64,000 nucleotides of DNA from Candidatus Eiseniibacteriota bacterium (lineage in GTDB: Bacteria > Eisenbacteria > RBG-16-71-46). Positions 51,517 to 64,000 of this stretch are shown piece by piece. The number at the start of each line of letters is the position of its first letter. Position 1 is the first letter of the stretch. The stretch is taken from positions 2,336,001 to 2,400,000 of the forward strand of contig OY970342.1 in NCBI GenBank assembly GCA_963717505.1. Direction: 5' to 3'. Under the pieces are notes generated by a model. That model was not told where the DNA came from, made no database searches, and saw nothing but the letters and a program-made list of their open reading frames with translations. The position numbers and the translations under genes were made by a program.

Positions 51517-52713
51517 GTGACGCTGGTTCCGCCCGGACGTCCGCGCCCCGGGTCGGTGGGGCGTGCGACGTCCGCCGTGCTCGCCGCGTTGCTCCTGATC
51601 CCACCCGCGCTGTTCGCCCAGTCGGTTCCTGCGCCGCCGTCGGTCGACGTCGAGGCCCTGACGCGGACCGTGCGTCCGTCCGTGGTCACCGTGTTCTCGC
51701 AGCAGTCCGTGACCACCGGACGGGTCAGCGAAGGCAAGCCGGTGCGCCGCACGCGCACACGCGTCGGGACCGGGGTTGCGGTCGAGGGCAACGCGATCCT
51801 GACCACCGCCAGCGTGGTGCGTGACGCCGAGCGGGTGAGCGTGATGACCGCCGCCGGGCGGCAGATGGAAGCGAGAGTTCTCGGAATCGACGCGCTCTAC
51901 AACCTGGCGCTGCTCGCCGTCGACGACGTGCAGTTGCCGCCGGTGTTGCTGGCGACCCAGCGCCCGGCCCAGGTCGGCGACTGGGTGTTCACGCTCGGGA
52001 CCTCGTACCGCGGCGAGACCACGCAGTCGGTGGGAACCATTGCCACGCTCTACCGCGACCCGCGCCTGCCCCTGCTCCAGCTCTCGAACACGGCGTATCC
52101 GGGCAACAGCGGAGGTGCCGCACTCAACGCCCGCGGCGAGTTGATCGGCCTGGTCCAGGGCGAAATGGGCTCCTCCGAGTCCCTGGTCCGACCCGAGCTC
52201 GAGCAGACCCCGGGCGCCTGCATCGTCCAGCCGGTCGAGACCATCGTTCCGGTCTATCGAGCCTTGCGCAGCGAAGGTCGGATGCCGCATGGGTTCCTCG
52301 GCGTCCAGACGCGCAACGCCGGCGTCGACAGCGACACCGAGCCCGGTCTTCGAGTGCCGATCGGCGCCCTGGTCGAGAGCGTGCAGCCGGGCGGTCCCGC
52401 CGCGCGCGCCGGCCTCGAGCGCGGCGACCTGATCGTCGGCTTCGAGCGCGATCGCGTGGAGTACGCCGACCAGCTCGCGCGCTGGGTCACGGCGTCGCGG
52501 CCGCGCAGCGCGGTCGAGCTGGTGTGGGTGCGCGGCGACGTGCGCCATAGTGCCAAGGTCACGCTCGGACTCTCGCCCGACACCATGCCGCGCGTGGCTT
52601 CCGCGACGCCGGCGGCGACAGCCTCCGGGCCGAGTGCCGCCAGGATCGCCGAGCTCGAGAAGCAGATTCAGCGCTTGAACGTCGAGCTCCAGCGCCTCAA
52701 GACTTCCAACTAG
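51517..52713 (+). CDS. HtrA/S1C trypsin-like + PDZ protein with degenerate triad
   Basis: GTGV, GNSGG, PDZ GGPAARAGL; His and Asp positions substituted. Confidence 0.85.
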   Translation: MTLVPPGRPRPGSVGRATSAVLAALLLIPPALFAQSVPAPPSVDVEALTRTVRPSVVTVFSQQSVTTGRVSEGKPVRRTRTRVGTGVAVEGNAILTTASVVRDAERVSVMTAAGRQMEARVLGIDALYNLALLAVDDVQLPPVLLATQRPAQVGDWVFTLGTSYRGETTQSVGTIATLYRDPRLPLLQLSNTAYPGNSGGAALNARGELIGLVQGEMGSSESLVRPELEQTPGACIVQPVETIVPVYRALRSEGRMPHGFLGVQTRNAGVDSDTEPGLRVPIGALVESVQPGGPAARAGLERGDLIVGFERDRVEYADQLARWVTASRPRSAVELVWVRGDVRHSAKVTLGLSPDTMPRVASATPAATASGPSAARIAELEKQIQRLNVELQRLKTSN

Positions 52714-52817
52714 CGCTTCGACGTCGCCGAAGGCCTCGGCGCGACGTAAAGCGCGACCTGCGAGCTCGACCCACAGCTGGCACCTCCAGAAATCGGCAAG
52801 GTCGCTATACTGCGCCC

Positions 52818-53924
52818 GTGGGCCGACTGCTCGATCTTCGATATCCCCGGAACGGCGCGACGACGCGCGTGCGTATTGCGCGCGGCAGCCTGCGCGGACT
52901 TGGCGGCTGGACCCGCGCCACCACCGGCGCCAAGCGCGTCGCCCTGATCACCGACTCCCGGGTCGCGCGGCTCTATGCGCGCGATGCCCTCACGTCGCTG
53001 AGCCGCGCTCGCGTGTCGGCCGCACTGTTGGTGGTGCCCTCGGGTGAGACGGCCAAGCAGCCGGCCCAGCTCGTCCGGCTCTGGCAGCAACTCGCGGAGC
53101 TCGGCATCGAGCGCGGCGACGCGATCGTCGCGCTCGGCGGCGGCGTGGTTGGCGACCTCGCGGGCTATGCCGCGGCCACCTGGCTGCGCGGTGTGCCCTG
53201 GGTCGACGTCCCGACCACGGTGGTCGGCCAGGCCGACAGCTCGATCGGCGGCAAGACCGGCATCGATCTGGCGGCGGGCAAGAACCTGGTCGGGGCGTTT
53301 CACCACCCGGCCGGCGTGCTGGTCGACCCCGAAACTCTGAAGACGCTGCCCGATCGCGAATATCGCGCCGGTCTGGCCGAAGTCGCCAAGACCGGGTTCG
53401 CCAGCGACCGCGAGCTGTTCGAGCGGATCGAGCGCGACGCGGCCCGGCTCGCCGCCCGCGAGCCTGGGGCCCTCGAGCGCGCGCTGGTGCAAACGCTCGC
53501 GGCCAAGGGCCGGATCGTGTGCGCCGACGAACGGGAACGGGAGGGAGGGAGGCGCTCCGCGCTCAACTTCGGCCACACCCTGGGGCACGCTCTCGAAGCC
53601 GCACTCGGCTACCGCGGGCTCAAGCACGGCGAGGCGGTGGCGATCGGCATGCGCTTCGCGGTGCGTCTGTCGGTGGCTGAAGCCGGCTTGCCGGCCGACG
53701 ACGCCGCCCGGCTGGAACAGGTCCTCGATGGCTGGCGCCTGCCCCGGCGCATTCCCGGACTGGCGATCGCTCGCATCGGCCGCTACTTGCGCAGAGACAA
53801 GAAGCGGAAGGGCGGCGTGCGCTGGGTTTTGACGCCCCGGGTAGGCCGTGCTAGCGTGCCGCGCCTGATTTCCGACCGTCGCATCCGGGCCGCCCTGCTG
53901 CACTTCGGCGCGCGCCGCGGGTGA
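52818..53924 (+). CDS. aroB: 3-dehydroquinate synthase
   Basis: GGGVVGDLAG, DSSIGGKTG, LNFGHTLGHA. Confidence 0.96.
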   Translation: MGRLLDLRYPRNGATTRVRIARGSLRGLGGWTRATTGAKRVALITDSRVARLYARDALTSLSRARVSAALLVVPSGETAKQPAQLVRLWQQLAELGIERGDAIVALGGGVVGDLAGYAAATWLRGVPWVDVPTTVVGQADSSIGGKTGIDLAAGKNLVGAFHHPAGVLVDPETLKTLPDREYRAGLAEVAKTGFASDRELFERIERDAARLAAREPGALERALVQTLAAKGRIVCADEREREGGRRSALNFGHTLGHALEAALGYRGLKHGEAVAIGMRFAVRLSVAEAGLPADDAARLEQVLDGWRLPRRIPGLAIARIGRYLRRDKKRKGGVRWVLTPRVGRASVPRLISDRRIRAALLHFGARRG

Positions 53925-53945
53925 CCGAGTCGCATCCGGGAGCCG

Positions 53946-54378
53946 ATGCCTCGCATCCTGGTTCTGCATGGTCCGAACCTGAATTCGCTGGGAGCCCGCG
54001 AGCCGGAACGCTACGGCACCACGACGCTCGACCAGCTGCACCGTTCGCTCGCCGAACTGGCGAAGGAGCTCGGCTGTGAGCTGGAGACGCTGCAGAGCAA
54101 TGCCGAGGGTGTACTCATCGACGCCCTGTACGGGGCGGTCGGACGCGTGGACGGCGTGCTCCTGAACCCCGGAGGTCTGACCCACACCAGCGTCGCGCTG
54201 CGCGATGCCGTGGCTGCGGTGCCGATGCCGGTGGTCGAGGTGCACCTGACCCAGCCCCAGTCCCGCGAGTCCTTCCGCCGGACCTCCCTGATCACCGAGG
54301 CCGCGGCCGGGCTGGTCCAGGGCTTCGGCCCCGACAGCTATCTGCTCGCCCTCCGGGGCCTCGCCGGCCGGATCGCCC

Positions 54379-54389
<11 letters not shown>
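53946..54389 (+). CDS. aroQ: Type II 3-dehydroquinate dehydratase
   Basis: [25 protein letters not shown]. Confidence 0.96.
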
Positions 54390-54930
<541 letters not shown>

Positions 54931-54964
54931 CGATCACCGGGACACGGACCGTCGGGGAGCGCCC

Positions 54965-56134
54965 ATGAACATCCGCAAGATTCTCGAGAAGATGATCGCG
55001 TCGCGGGCGAGCGACCTGCACCTCAAGGCAGGTACGGCCCCGATCGTGCGCGTCGACGGCGTCCTCTACACGCTCGACGACACGGCCCCCAGCGCGCAGG
55101 AGTTGCGCGACGTCTGCAATCAGCTGCTCAACGACGAGCAGCGCCTGTATTTCTCGACGCACAACGAAATCGACTTCGCGTTCGGCGTCGCCGGACTCGC
55201 GCGTTTCCGCGCCAACATCTTCATGCAGCGCAGCACCCCGGCGTTGGCCCTGCGCCACGTCCCGGTCGAAGTGCCGGGCGTCGAGGAGCTGATGCTGCCC
55301 AACGTCGTCCGCGACCTGGCGTTCTCGCCGCGCGGCTTGCTCCTGGTCACCGGCCGCACCGGCTCGGGCAAGTCCACGACCCTGGCTTCGATGATCGACT
55401 CGATCAACGCGACCACCACGCGCAACATCATCACCATCGAGGACCCGATCGAGTTCCTCCACCGCGACAACCTGTCGTTCATCCATCAGCGCGAGCTGGG
55501 GCTCGACACCCGCTCGTTCCACGACGGCTTGAAGTACGTCCTGCGCCAGGATCCGGACATCATCCTGGTCGGCGAAATCCGCGATCTGGAGACCATGCGC
55601 ACCGTGATGATGGCCGCGGACACCGGCCACCTGGTGCTCTCGACCCTGCACACCACCGACGTCGTGCAGACCATCCAGCGCATCGTCTCGTTCTACCCGC
55701 CGCACCAGCACGACGAGGTCCGACTGTCGATCGCCTCGAACGTGCGCGCCGTGATCTCGCAGCGACTGATCCCGCGGTCGGACGGCCAGGGCCGCGTGCC
55801 CGCGGTCGAGGCCATGATCAACACGCCGACGATCAAGGAGTACATCCTCAATCCCGAGAAGACGCCGATGATCCACTCGGCGGTCGCCGACGGGTTCACC
55901 CAGTACCACATGCAGACCTTCGACCAGTCGGTCCTCGGCCTGCTGCGGGATGGGCTGATCACCGAGGAAGAGGCCCTGAAGAACTGCAACAATCCCAACG
56001 AGCTGGCGCTCAAGCTCAAGGGCATCATGGCGACCTCCGACCGGACCTGGCGTCCGGTCGATCAGGGGCGCGAATCCGGCGCGAACGACGTGGATCTGTC
56101 GCGCGAACGTCCGGCGCGGCCGAATCGGTCCTAG
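54965..56134 (+). CDS. pilT: PilT/PilU family ATPase
   Basis: [37 protein letters not shown]. Confidence 0.9.
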   Translation: MNIRKILEKMIASRASDLHLKAGTAPIVRVDGVLYTLDDTAPSAQELRDVCNQLLNDEQRLYFSTHNEIDFAFGVAGLARFRANIFMQRSTPALALRHVPVEVPGVEELMLPNVVRDLAFSPRGLLLVTGRTGSGKSTTLASMIDSINATTTRNIITIEDPIEFLHRDNLSFIHQRELGLDTRSFHDGLKYVLRQDPDIILVGEIRDLETMRTVMMAADTGHLVLSTLHTTDVVQTIQRIVSFYPPHQHDEVRLSIASNVRAVISQRLIPRSDGQGRVPAVEAMINTPTIKEYILNPEKTPMIHSAVADGFTQYHMQTFDQSVLGLLRDGLITEEEALKNCNNPNELALKLKGIMATSDRTWRPVDQGRESGANDVDLSRERPARPNRS

Positions 56135-56144
56135 ACGGAGGCGG

Positions 56145-57574
56145 ATGTTTCGCAAGGTCCTGATCGCGAACCGCGGTGAGATCGCCCTCCGGGTGATCCG
56201 CGCGTGCCGCGAGCTGGAGATTGCCACCGTCGCCGTGTTCAGCGAGGCGGATCGCGACAGCCTGCACGTCCGTCTGGCCGACGAATCGGTGTGCATCGGC
56301 CCGCCGCCGCCCAGCCAGTCCTACCTGCACATCCCGCGGATCATCTCGGCCGCCGAGGTGACCGGCGCCGACGCGATCCACCCCGGGTACGGGTTCCTGT
56401 CGGAGAACGCGCATTTCGCTGAAATCTGCGCTTCGTGCGGGTTCACGTTCATCGGTCCCTCGCCCGAGATGATCCGGCGCATGGGTGACAAGGCCGAGGC
56501 GCGCCGCACCATGCGCGAGGCGGGGTTGCCGCTGGTGCCCGGGAGCCCGGGCACCATCCCCGACGCCGACGAGGCGCTCGGCATCGCCCGCGACATCGGA
56601 TTCCCGGTGATCATCAAGGCGTCGGCCGGAGGTGGCGGGCGCGGCATGCGCGTCGCCTGGGACGAGAAGCAATTGCGCGCCGGCTTCGGCATCGCGCAGG
56701 CCGAGGCGGGTGCCGCGTTCGGCAACAACACGGTCTACGTCGAGAAGTACATCGCCAAGCCTCGGCACATCGAGTTCCAGCTGTTCGGCGACCAGCACGG
56801 CAGCCTCATCCACCTGGGCGAGCGCGAGTGCTCGGTGCAGCGCAACCATCAGAAGCTGATCGAGGAGGCTCCGAGTCCGTTCCTGAACGCCGAGCAGCGC
56901 AAGACAGTCGGCGCGCTCGCGGTGCGCGGCGCTCAGTCGATCGGCTACCTCGGCGCCGGAACCATGGAGTTCCTGTTCGACACGGACGGCTCGTTCTACT
57001 TCATGGAGATGAACACGCGCATCCAGGTGGAGCACCCGGTCACCGAAGAGGTCACCGGGCTCGACCTGGTCAAGGAGCAGATCCGCGTGGCCGCCGGCGA
57101 GAAGCTGTCGGTGACCGCAGGAGCAGGTGGAGTGGAGCGGGCACTCGATCGAGTGCCGGATCAACGCCGAGGACTACGAGCACGGCTTCCGGCCGAGCCC
57201 GGGCAAGATCACCTACTGGTACAAGCCGGGCGGTCCGGGAGTGCGCGTCGACAGCCACGTGTACGCGTGGCTACACGGTGCCGCCGTACTACGACTCGAT
57301 GATCGGCAAGCTGATCACCTACGGCAAGGATCGTCCCGAGGCGCTGCGGCGCATGCAGATCGCGCTCGACGAGATCATCATCGAGGGCGTGCGCACCACG
57401 ATTCCGTTCCACCGCCTGGCACTCGCCCATCCCCGGTTCCAGGCGGGAGATCTCGACACCCGTTTCGTCGAGCACCTGCTCAAGCCCGAGCCGGCCCCGG
57501 CCGGAGTAGTGTTCGCCGATGGGCACGGTCCGCGTGCTGCTGTCGCCTTCGGCCGGCCCGGTCAGCCCGCGTGA
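56145..57574 (+). CDS. accC: Biotin carboxylase, two apparent +1 frameshifts (about 57117 and 57268)
   Basis: [28 protein letters not shown]; continues IECRINAED and [10 protein letters not shown] in shifted frames. Confidence 0.92.
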
Positions 57575-58206
57575 CGCCGCCGTCGTGGTCGACGTCCTGC
57601 GCGCGACCTCGACCCTGGCATTCGCGCTCGCCGCACGGTGCGGCGCGTGTGATTCCTGCGGCGACCGTCGAAGACGCCCGGCGGCTGAAGCAGGCGCATC
57701 CCGATTCGCTGCTGTGCGGCGAGCGCGACGGCCGGCGCATTGAGGGCTTCGATCTCGGCAACTCGCCCGGCGAGTATCGCCCCGAAGCGTGGACGGACGC
57801 ACCCTGGTGTTCGCCTCGACCAACGGCTCTCAGGCGATGCTGGCCGCGGCGAAGGCGCGCCGGCGGGTGCCCGGCGCATTCGTGACCGCCGCGGCCACGG
57901 CGCGCGCGGTCGCCGGCGAGCGCTCGGTGGTCGTGATCTGCGCCGGCAAGCTCGGAGGGTTTTCGCTCGAGGACGCGGCGTTCGCAGGCTGGCTGGTGCG
58001 TTCGCTCACGCCTTCGGGCTTCGAGCCCGAGGGCCCCGGAGCGCGAGCCGCCCTCAACCTGGCCCCCGCCGACGCGGACCAGGTCGCAGCCCTGGTCGCG
58101 GGCAGTGCGCACGGGCGTTACCTGCGTGGACTCGGCGCCGAGTTCGCGCCGCGACGTCGAGATTTGTTCGCGGCTCGACGTGCTCGCCGCGGTGCGCGAC
58201 CTGTAG
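57519..58206 (+). CDS. comB: 2-phosphosulfolactate phosphatase, frameshifted
   Basis: [31 protein letters not shown] spread over successive frames. Confidence 0.8.
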
Positions 58207-58212
58207 GCCGCG

Positions 58213-59299
58213 CTAGCGTCTCTGTGCGCGCCCCAGCATCACGGCGCCGACCACCAGGAACACCAGATCGCCCATCCATGCCGCAGCGTAAGGCGGTAAG
58301 CGCGCCGTTGTGGCCGAGCGCCTGGCCGGTGCGCATGAACGCGTAGTAGATGAACGCGATCGCCACCGAGAGGCCGAAGCCAGCGCCGCGCTCTGCAGCC
58401 GCAGCCGGCGTCGCGATCGACGCGCCGATCACCACCACGATCAGGTTGACCAGCGGGAACGCCAGCTTGATGTGCAGGTCGACCAGGTAGTTCGCCACCC
58501 GCGCGCCGCTCGCCCGCAGGCGGTCGACGAACTTCCGCAGCTCGAAGAAGTTCATCTCCGACGGCTGACGGGTCTCCTTGGCGAAATCCTCGGGGCGCTC
58601 GACCAAGCCCTCGACGATCAACTGATCGAACGGCTGAGCGATCTCTTCCTCGCCGGCGAACGTGCGCTCGACCCCGGAGCTGAACACCCACTCATCGCCG
58701 TCCCACGTCGCCTCGGCGGCATCGATGCGGCGCACCAGCTGGCCGTCCTCGAAGTACTGGAGCGCGACCTCGTGCATGCGCTCCTCGCGGACGACGTACA
58801 GGCGCATGTAGTAGATCGTTGCCGCCGTCGCCGAGGTAGGTCAGGTCCGGCACGCTCGTGCGCGATCTCGCGGCGCACGCCGCTGGATCTGGTCGTCGTA
58901 GATCGCGGTCGCGCTCGCGATTGGCCGGCGGCACGACGAACTCGCCGAGCAGGAGGGAGCCGATCGAGGCCGCGGCGGCGACGCCGAACACCGGCGCCAG
59001 AATCCGGACCAGCGACAGACCGGTCGTGCGCATCGCGGTCAGCTCGCCGAACTTGTTGAGCTGCCCGAGTGCCAGGAAGGTCGCGAGCAGCAGCGCCACC
59101 GGCATGCACCTGGACCACGACCTCGGGCGCCCGGAACACGTAGAAGCGCAGCGATCAGGCTGAGGGTCGCGCGGTGGTCGAGGAACACGTCGATCTTCTC
59201 GAACACGTCGACCACCACGAAGATGACGATGAAGCCGAGCAGCCCGAGCGCCAGGTAGCCGGCGAATTCGCGCAGCAGGTAGCGGTCGAGCATCTTCAC
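58213..59299 (-). CDS. LptF/LptG family permease (LptG-like), frameshifted
   Basis: MLDRYLLRE, ELTAMRTTGLS, KLAFP fragments in alternating frames. Confidence 0.8.
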
Positions 59300-60667
59300 G
59301 CGCCGGCCATGGCGGGCTGCCTGCGAATCGGCCACGACAGACCCAGCTCGCAGGCGCGCAGCGTCGTGTAGACGCCCCAGCCGCCGAGCACGATGTTGGG
59401 CAGCCACATCGCGAGCCACGGCGGCAACAGCAGCCGGTTGGCCAGCTCCTCGCCGCCGACCAGGCACAGGTAGTAGAAGAGGAAGAACAGCACCGAGACG
59501 AAAGCGACCGCCGGCCCCGCGCGGCGCACGCGCATCCCGATCGGGGCGCCGATCAGGACGAACACGACGCAGGCTATGGGCAGCGAGAACTTCTTGTGGA
59601 TCTCGACCGAGAGTCCGGCGATGCGCTTGCGCTGCTCCTCGCGTTGGATCTGCCATCAACTCGATCTGCGTGGCCTGGTCCGGATGGTCGACCGCCAGAT
59701 CGACCAGCGGGTCGTTGCCGCGGATCCGCTGAAAGAGCCCGGCGATCGCGGCCAGCCCCGAGGGTTCGCGCACCGCGCGGTCGAACGCCTCGCGCGGGAT
59801 GCCGTCTTCCGCCAGGCGCGCGCCGTGCGCGGCCAGTGCCTGGTCGTACTCCTCGGCGATGCGGTCGCGCTCCCGAGTCAGGTGCTGGGCGCTCATTTCG
59901 CGATCGCTCCGGGTCTCGCGCACCGTGCGCTCGAGCATGCCGCCGGCGTCGTGGATGTAGAGCGTGTGGGTGTGGAACACCAGGCGGCGGTAGCGATGGG
60001 CGCCGGGTTCATCCTTCGGGATCTCGTGGATCTCGCCGTCCTTGAGCTCGAGCACCGCGGTCGGCCGTCCGGGGTATAAGTCAGGAAGCCGCGATCGGCG
60101 AGGATCGTGGTCGGCGCCTGACCGGCGTTGAACTGGTAGATGGTCACGCCGCGCATCTCGTTGGTGCGGCCGTTCACCGACTGGACGAGCATGTTGTATC
60201 CGGGGAAGTCGTTGATGAACACGCCTTCCTGGAGCTTGACCGTCGGGCGCATGCGCCGATGTCGATCAAGCAGGTTGGCGAACGCGTGATTGGCTTCCGG
60301 CAGGACGTGATTGTTGAACAGGGTCAGCCCCCACGCCATGAGGCCGGCGGCGAGCAGGGGCGGCAGCAGGATCCGGCCCAGGTTGACCCCGCTGGCCCTC
60401 AGCGCCGTGATTTCGTTGTCCTGGGAGAGTCGGCCGAAGGTCATCAGGACCGCGACCAGTACCGCGCAGGGGACCGAAAGGGCGACGATGTAGCCCAGGG
60501 AGAGGACGAACAGCTGCAGCACGATCCCCACGGGCGACGCCCCGGTTCACCACCAGGTCCAGGTAGTCGAAAAGCACGTCCATCTCCAGGATGAACGTGA
60601 CGACGCCGAAACCCAGAAGAAACGGAACCAGATGCAGGCGAAGGATGTAGTAACTCAGAATACGCAC
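59296..60667 (-). CDS. LptF/LptG family permease (LptF-like), frameshifted
   Basis: RILSYYI, FGRLSQDNEITALRASG, EIHKKF, MWLPN fragments. Confidence 0.8.
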
Positions 60668-60794
60668 CGGCGCCCAGACTACCCCACACGGCCTGCCCGA
60701 GGCGAAGTGTAACCGCTTTGATCGTCGCGAGTTGCCCTGACACGGCCCGACCTGGCGGCTCCGATCGGGGCCGATCCGGGCTTCCGGGACCCCC

Positions 60795-63700
60795 ATGGTG
60801 ACGGCTACCGGGGCAGTTGCCCTGGTCGTCCTCGTGGGTATTCCCGGGTTTCCCGGCCTCTCCCTACCCAAGTTCGGGAAGCGCAAGGCCCCCGTCGACT
60901 CGGTGGCCACCACCTGGACCAACCCCTCGCGGCTCGCCCTCAGGAACGAGTTCGTCCTCGGGGCGGTGGAACCGACCCTCGATCAGGCCGACGCCACCGG
61001 CCGGATTCGGATGAACGTCGAGCCGCGCCAGGTCCGGGTCCGGATCGACCCGGATTCGGGCGAGGTCATCGTGGTTCGCGAGCATGGCGAAGTCCCGCTG
61101 GGTTTCGCCTCGCGTCAGAGCCTCAGTGACTATTCCCGCGACGTCGTCCAGGCGACCTTCGACAAACAGTGGCGCGACCGATCGCGGCAGAGCATCAACT
61201 CGCTCGGGCAGTTCACGCCACAGACCGGGGGCACCGACACGCCCGGACTCCAGTTCACCATGCCGGGGCTGCTGCCCAAGCAGGTGCAGAGCCTGCTCGG
61301 TCCGGGGAGTCCGGCGATCAACGTCTCGGGCTCGGAGAACATCCGCATTTCCGGGCAGAGCAACTGGACCAATCAGCAGACCGGGCCGCTCGGCCAGAAG
61401 AAATCGCTGTTCCCCTCGCTCGACATGCAGCAGGACCTCGAACATCCGGCTCGAGGGCCAGCTCTCGGACCGGGTGAAGCTCAATCTGCTCCAGAACTCA
61501 GCGAACCAGATCCCGCTCGCGAACCGCATCGCGATCAACTACAAGGGCGACGAGGACGATCTGGTCCAGGCGCTCGATCTGGGCAACACCAACCTGACGC
61601 CTGCCCGGAACCCAGTACGTGTCGTACAGCGGGCGCAACGAAGGGCTGTTCGGCGTCAAGGCCACCACCCGCTCGGGCCCCCTCGACTTCACGTTTCTGG
61701 CCAGCAAGCAGGAGGGCCGCAGCGAGCGTGCCTCGTACGCGGGCGGCGCCTCGCGCCAGGCCTGGCGGCTGTACAACGACCAGTACGTCCGCGGCGTCTA
61801 CTTCTTCCTCTACGACCCGAACCTGGAAGCAGCCCTCGACGTCAAGCTGTCGTCGATCAAGGTCTACCGCGACGACGGCAATCCGAACTCGGTCGACACA
61901 CCGGTCGAGGGCCAGGCGTTCATCGATCCGCGCTCGCCCGACACTTCCCTGGTCGCGGACGTTTCGGCTGCTCAATCCCGGGCCCGACCAGGACTACGAA
62001 ATCCTGAGCAACATCTACGGGCCGGCCTACCCGGTGCTGCGCATGCGCCAGCCGCTCAGCTACGACCAGAAGCTGGCGATCACTTACGAGGCGGGTCATT
62101 TCGACCCAAACAACAATCCGATCGGCGACTACCAGCCGATCGGCGGCGGCATCGTTCCCGGCACCGACGACATCGCGATGAAGCTGATTCGCGCGCCGCT
62201 GAGCGACCTGCGCCGCACGCCGCAGGGCGACTTCATCGACTCGCTCGGCTTCACCCGCGTGCGCCACATCGAGCTCAAGAACTTCTACCAGCTGCCCGGC
62301 ATGCGGATCGACGAGCGGAGCCTGGTCCTGTCGATCGAGCGAGGCGACGAAGTGCCGCCGATCACCTTCGTGCCCGGTCCGGGTGGCGTGTCGGTGCCGT
62401 ACCTCGAGGTGCTGGGCCTCGACAACCAAGACGAAACCACCGGCAACCCGGTCGATGGTCACGATGGCCGGATCGACGGGACCATCGTCGCGTCGAACAC
62501 CCGCGTGTTCGTCGACTTCGTCACCGGAACCCTGTTCTTCGCGGACCCACGCCCGTTCGCGCCCCGCCTCAACCAGCCCTTCGAACGGTTCATCGACAGT
62601 CAGCTGAATCGGCGCGCGCGCCTCGACGGTTCGGGCGCCGACCTGAACGCCCCGAACCCGGTGATCTACGACACGCTACAACCCCGAGCGCCGGGATGCG
62701 CTGTACCGGATCGCGGTCGAGTTCACCGCGCAGAGCGTGGCCGGCGAGATCCCGCTCGGGCGCGGCAACATCCTCGAGGGCTCGGAGGTGGTCACGGTCA
62801 ACGGCCGGACCTGGACCCGCGATCGTCGACTACACGATCGACTACGACCTCGGGCGCATCACGCTCAAGCGCCAGCTCGCCGCGATCGGACCAGCTCAAC
62901 ATCGACTACTCGTATGCGCCGCTGTTCCAGCAGGCGGGCCGCACGCTGATCGGCAGCTCGTTCCGCGCCGAGGGGCGGGAGCGCCAGCCTGGGCGGCGCG
63001 TTCCTCTACGAGAGCCGCGGCGCCCAGGACCTGCGGCCGCGCCTCGGCGAGGAGCCGTCGCGCAGTATCATCGGCGACCTGAACGGCGAAGTCACGTTCC
63101 GTCCCGACTGGATGACGCGCATGGTCGACAAGCTGCCGGGCGTGCGCACCACGGCGCCTTCCGAGTCTCAACGTCCAGGCCGAGGTCGGCGCGTCGTTCC
63201 CGAATCCCAACACCAAGAACGAGGTCTACATCGACGACATGGAGGGGGTGCGCGACGCGGTGTCGCTGACCATGGTGCCCGAGCGCTGGCGCCTGTCCAG
63301 CGTCCCGAGCCGCAAGGATACGCTGACCAATCGGGTCACACGCCTCGACCGGCTGGTTTCGAGCGGGGCCTACCCTAATGCGCGCGTGCACAACGCCGAG
63401 ATGCACTGGTACTCGCCGTTCTCGGTGGTCCAGGACAGCGACCTCAAACCCAATCTCAGCGACGGTGAGGGTGCGCAGGTCAACCGCCAGGTGCTGGCGC
63501 TGTCGGTGCCGCGCATCCCACGTAGCTCGAACCCCACGCCGGTCCCGGGCGATCCGATCCCCGGCGACTCGTTGTGGTTCGGCATGACCTACCCGCTCGA
63601 CGTCGCCGGCATCGACCTGTCGAAGTCCCAGTTCATCGAGCTGTGGGTCAACGACTTCAACGACCGGCACACCGGACCCGTGGTCCCGCGCGTGCGCGGT

Positions 63701-64000
63701 CACAATCTGCGCCTGCGAGTCGACCTCGGCGTGGTGAGCGAGGACCAGCAACGCTCGCCCGACGTCCTGCCCAACGGACGCCTGGAGAGCGAGGACATAC
63801 CGCCGCGCGACAACCAGTTGGTGGTCACCGACGAGACCAACGAGGACACCGGGCTCGACGGGTTCCTCGACCAGGCCGAACGCGACTCGGGAGTGGTGGT
63901 CGACATGACGACCGCCAACGACTTCGACCCCGCCGGAGACAATTTCTCGCAGCCCCTCGAGGAGTTGGAGGTCGGCCTCCCCGAACCGATCGAGTTGGAG
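60795..64000 (+). CDS. sprA: SprA/Sov-like large outer-membrane protein (T9SS translocon homolog), frameshifted, truncated by window
   Basis: IAINYKGDEDDLVQ..LGN, GLFGVKA, ELKNFY, SEVVTVNG, DYTIDY..GRI, LGEEP, YIDDMEG. Confidence 0.72.

Noticed and set aside
57100-63400. Programmed frameshifting in accC, lptFG or sprA
   Set aside because: Too many scattered single-base indels with no slippery sites; assembly error is more likely

Overview
High-GC bacterial DNA with no rRNA, tRNA or CRISPR seen. The SprA-like gene, TolB-repeat Ser/Thr kinase and LPS genes suggest an FCB-group organism such as Ca. Eisenbacteria (inference). (1) 1-15.8 kb: an uncharacterised biosynthetic-type cluster without PKS/NRPS. 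It encodes a fused RnfD/UnbU-like + ASPIC/UnbV protein, two GNAT-like proteins, a GH3 ligase, a Rieske oxygenase, two tandem B12 radical SAM enzymes, three membrane proteins, a sterol-desaturase-type enzyme and a probable CxxU selenoprotein of the AhpD/CMD family, with a divergent ABC exporter. (2) 15.9-25 kb: accessory envelope, efflux and signalling genes. (3) 25-28.2 kb: a 3.1 kb integron island bracketed by a duplicated comM 3' end. It has a co-oriented IntI missing catalytic box I, a putative attI, three attC sites and three cassettes (GGCT, unknown, TA). (4) 28-64 kb: mostly housekeeping genes (comM, hldA/hldC, sucCD, ndk, yceD-rpmF-plsX-fabHDG-acpP-fabF-rnc, ECF sigma module, aroB/aroQ, accB-pilT-accC, comB, lptFG, sprA), several with unusual features. 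Frameshifts concentrate after about 57 kb and are probably assembly errors.
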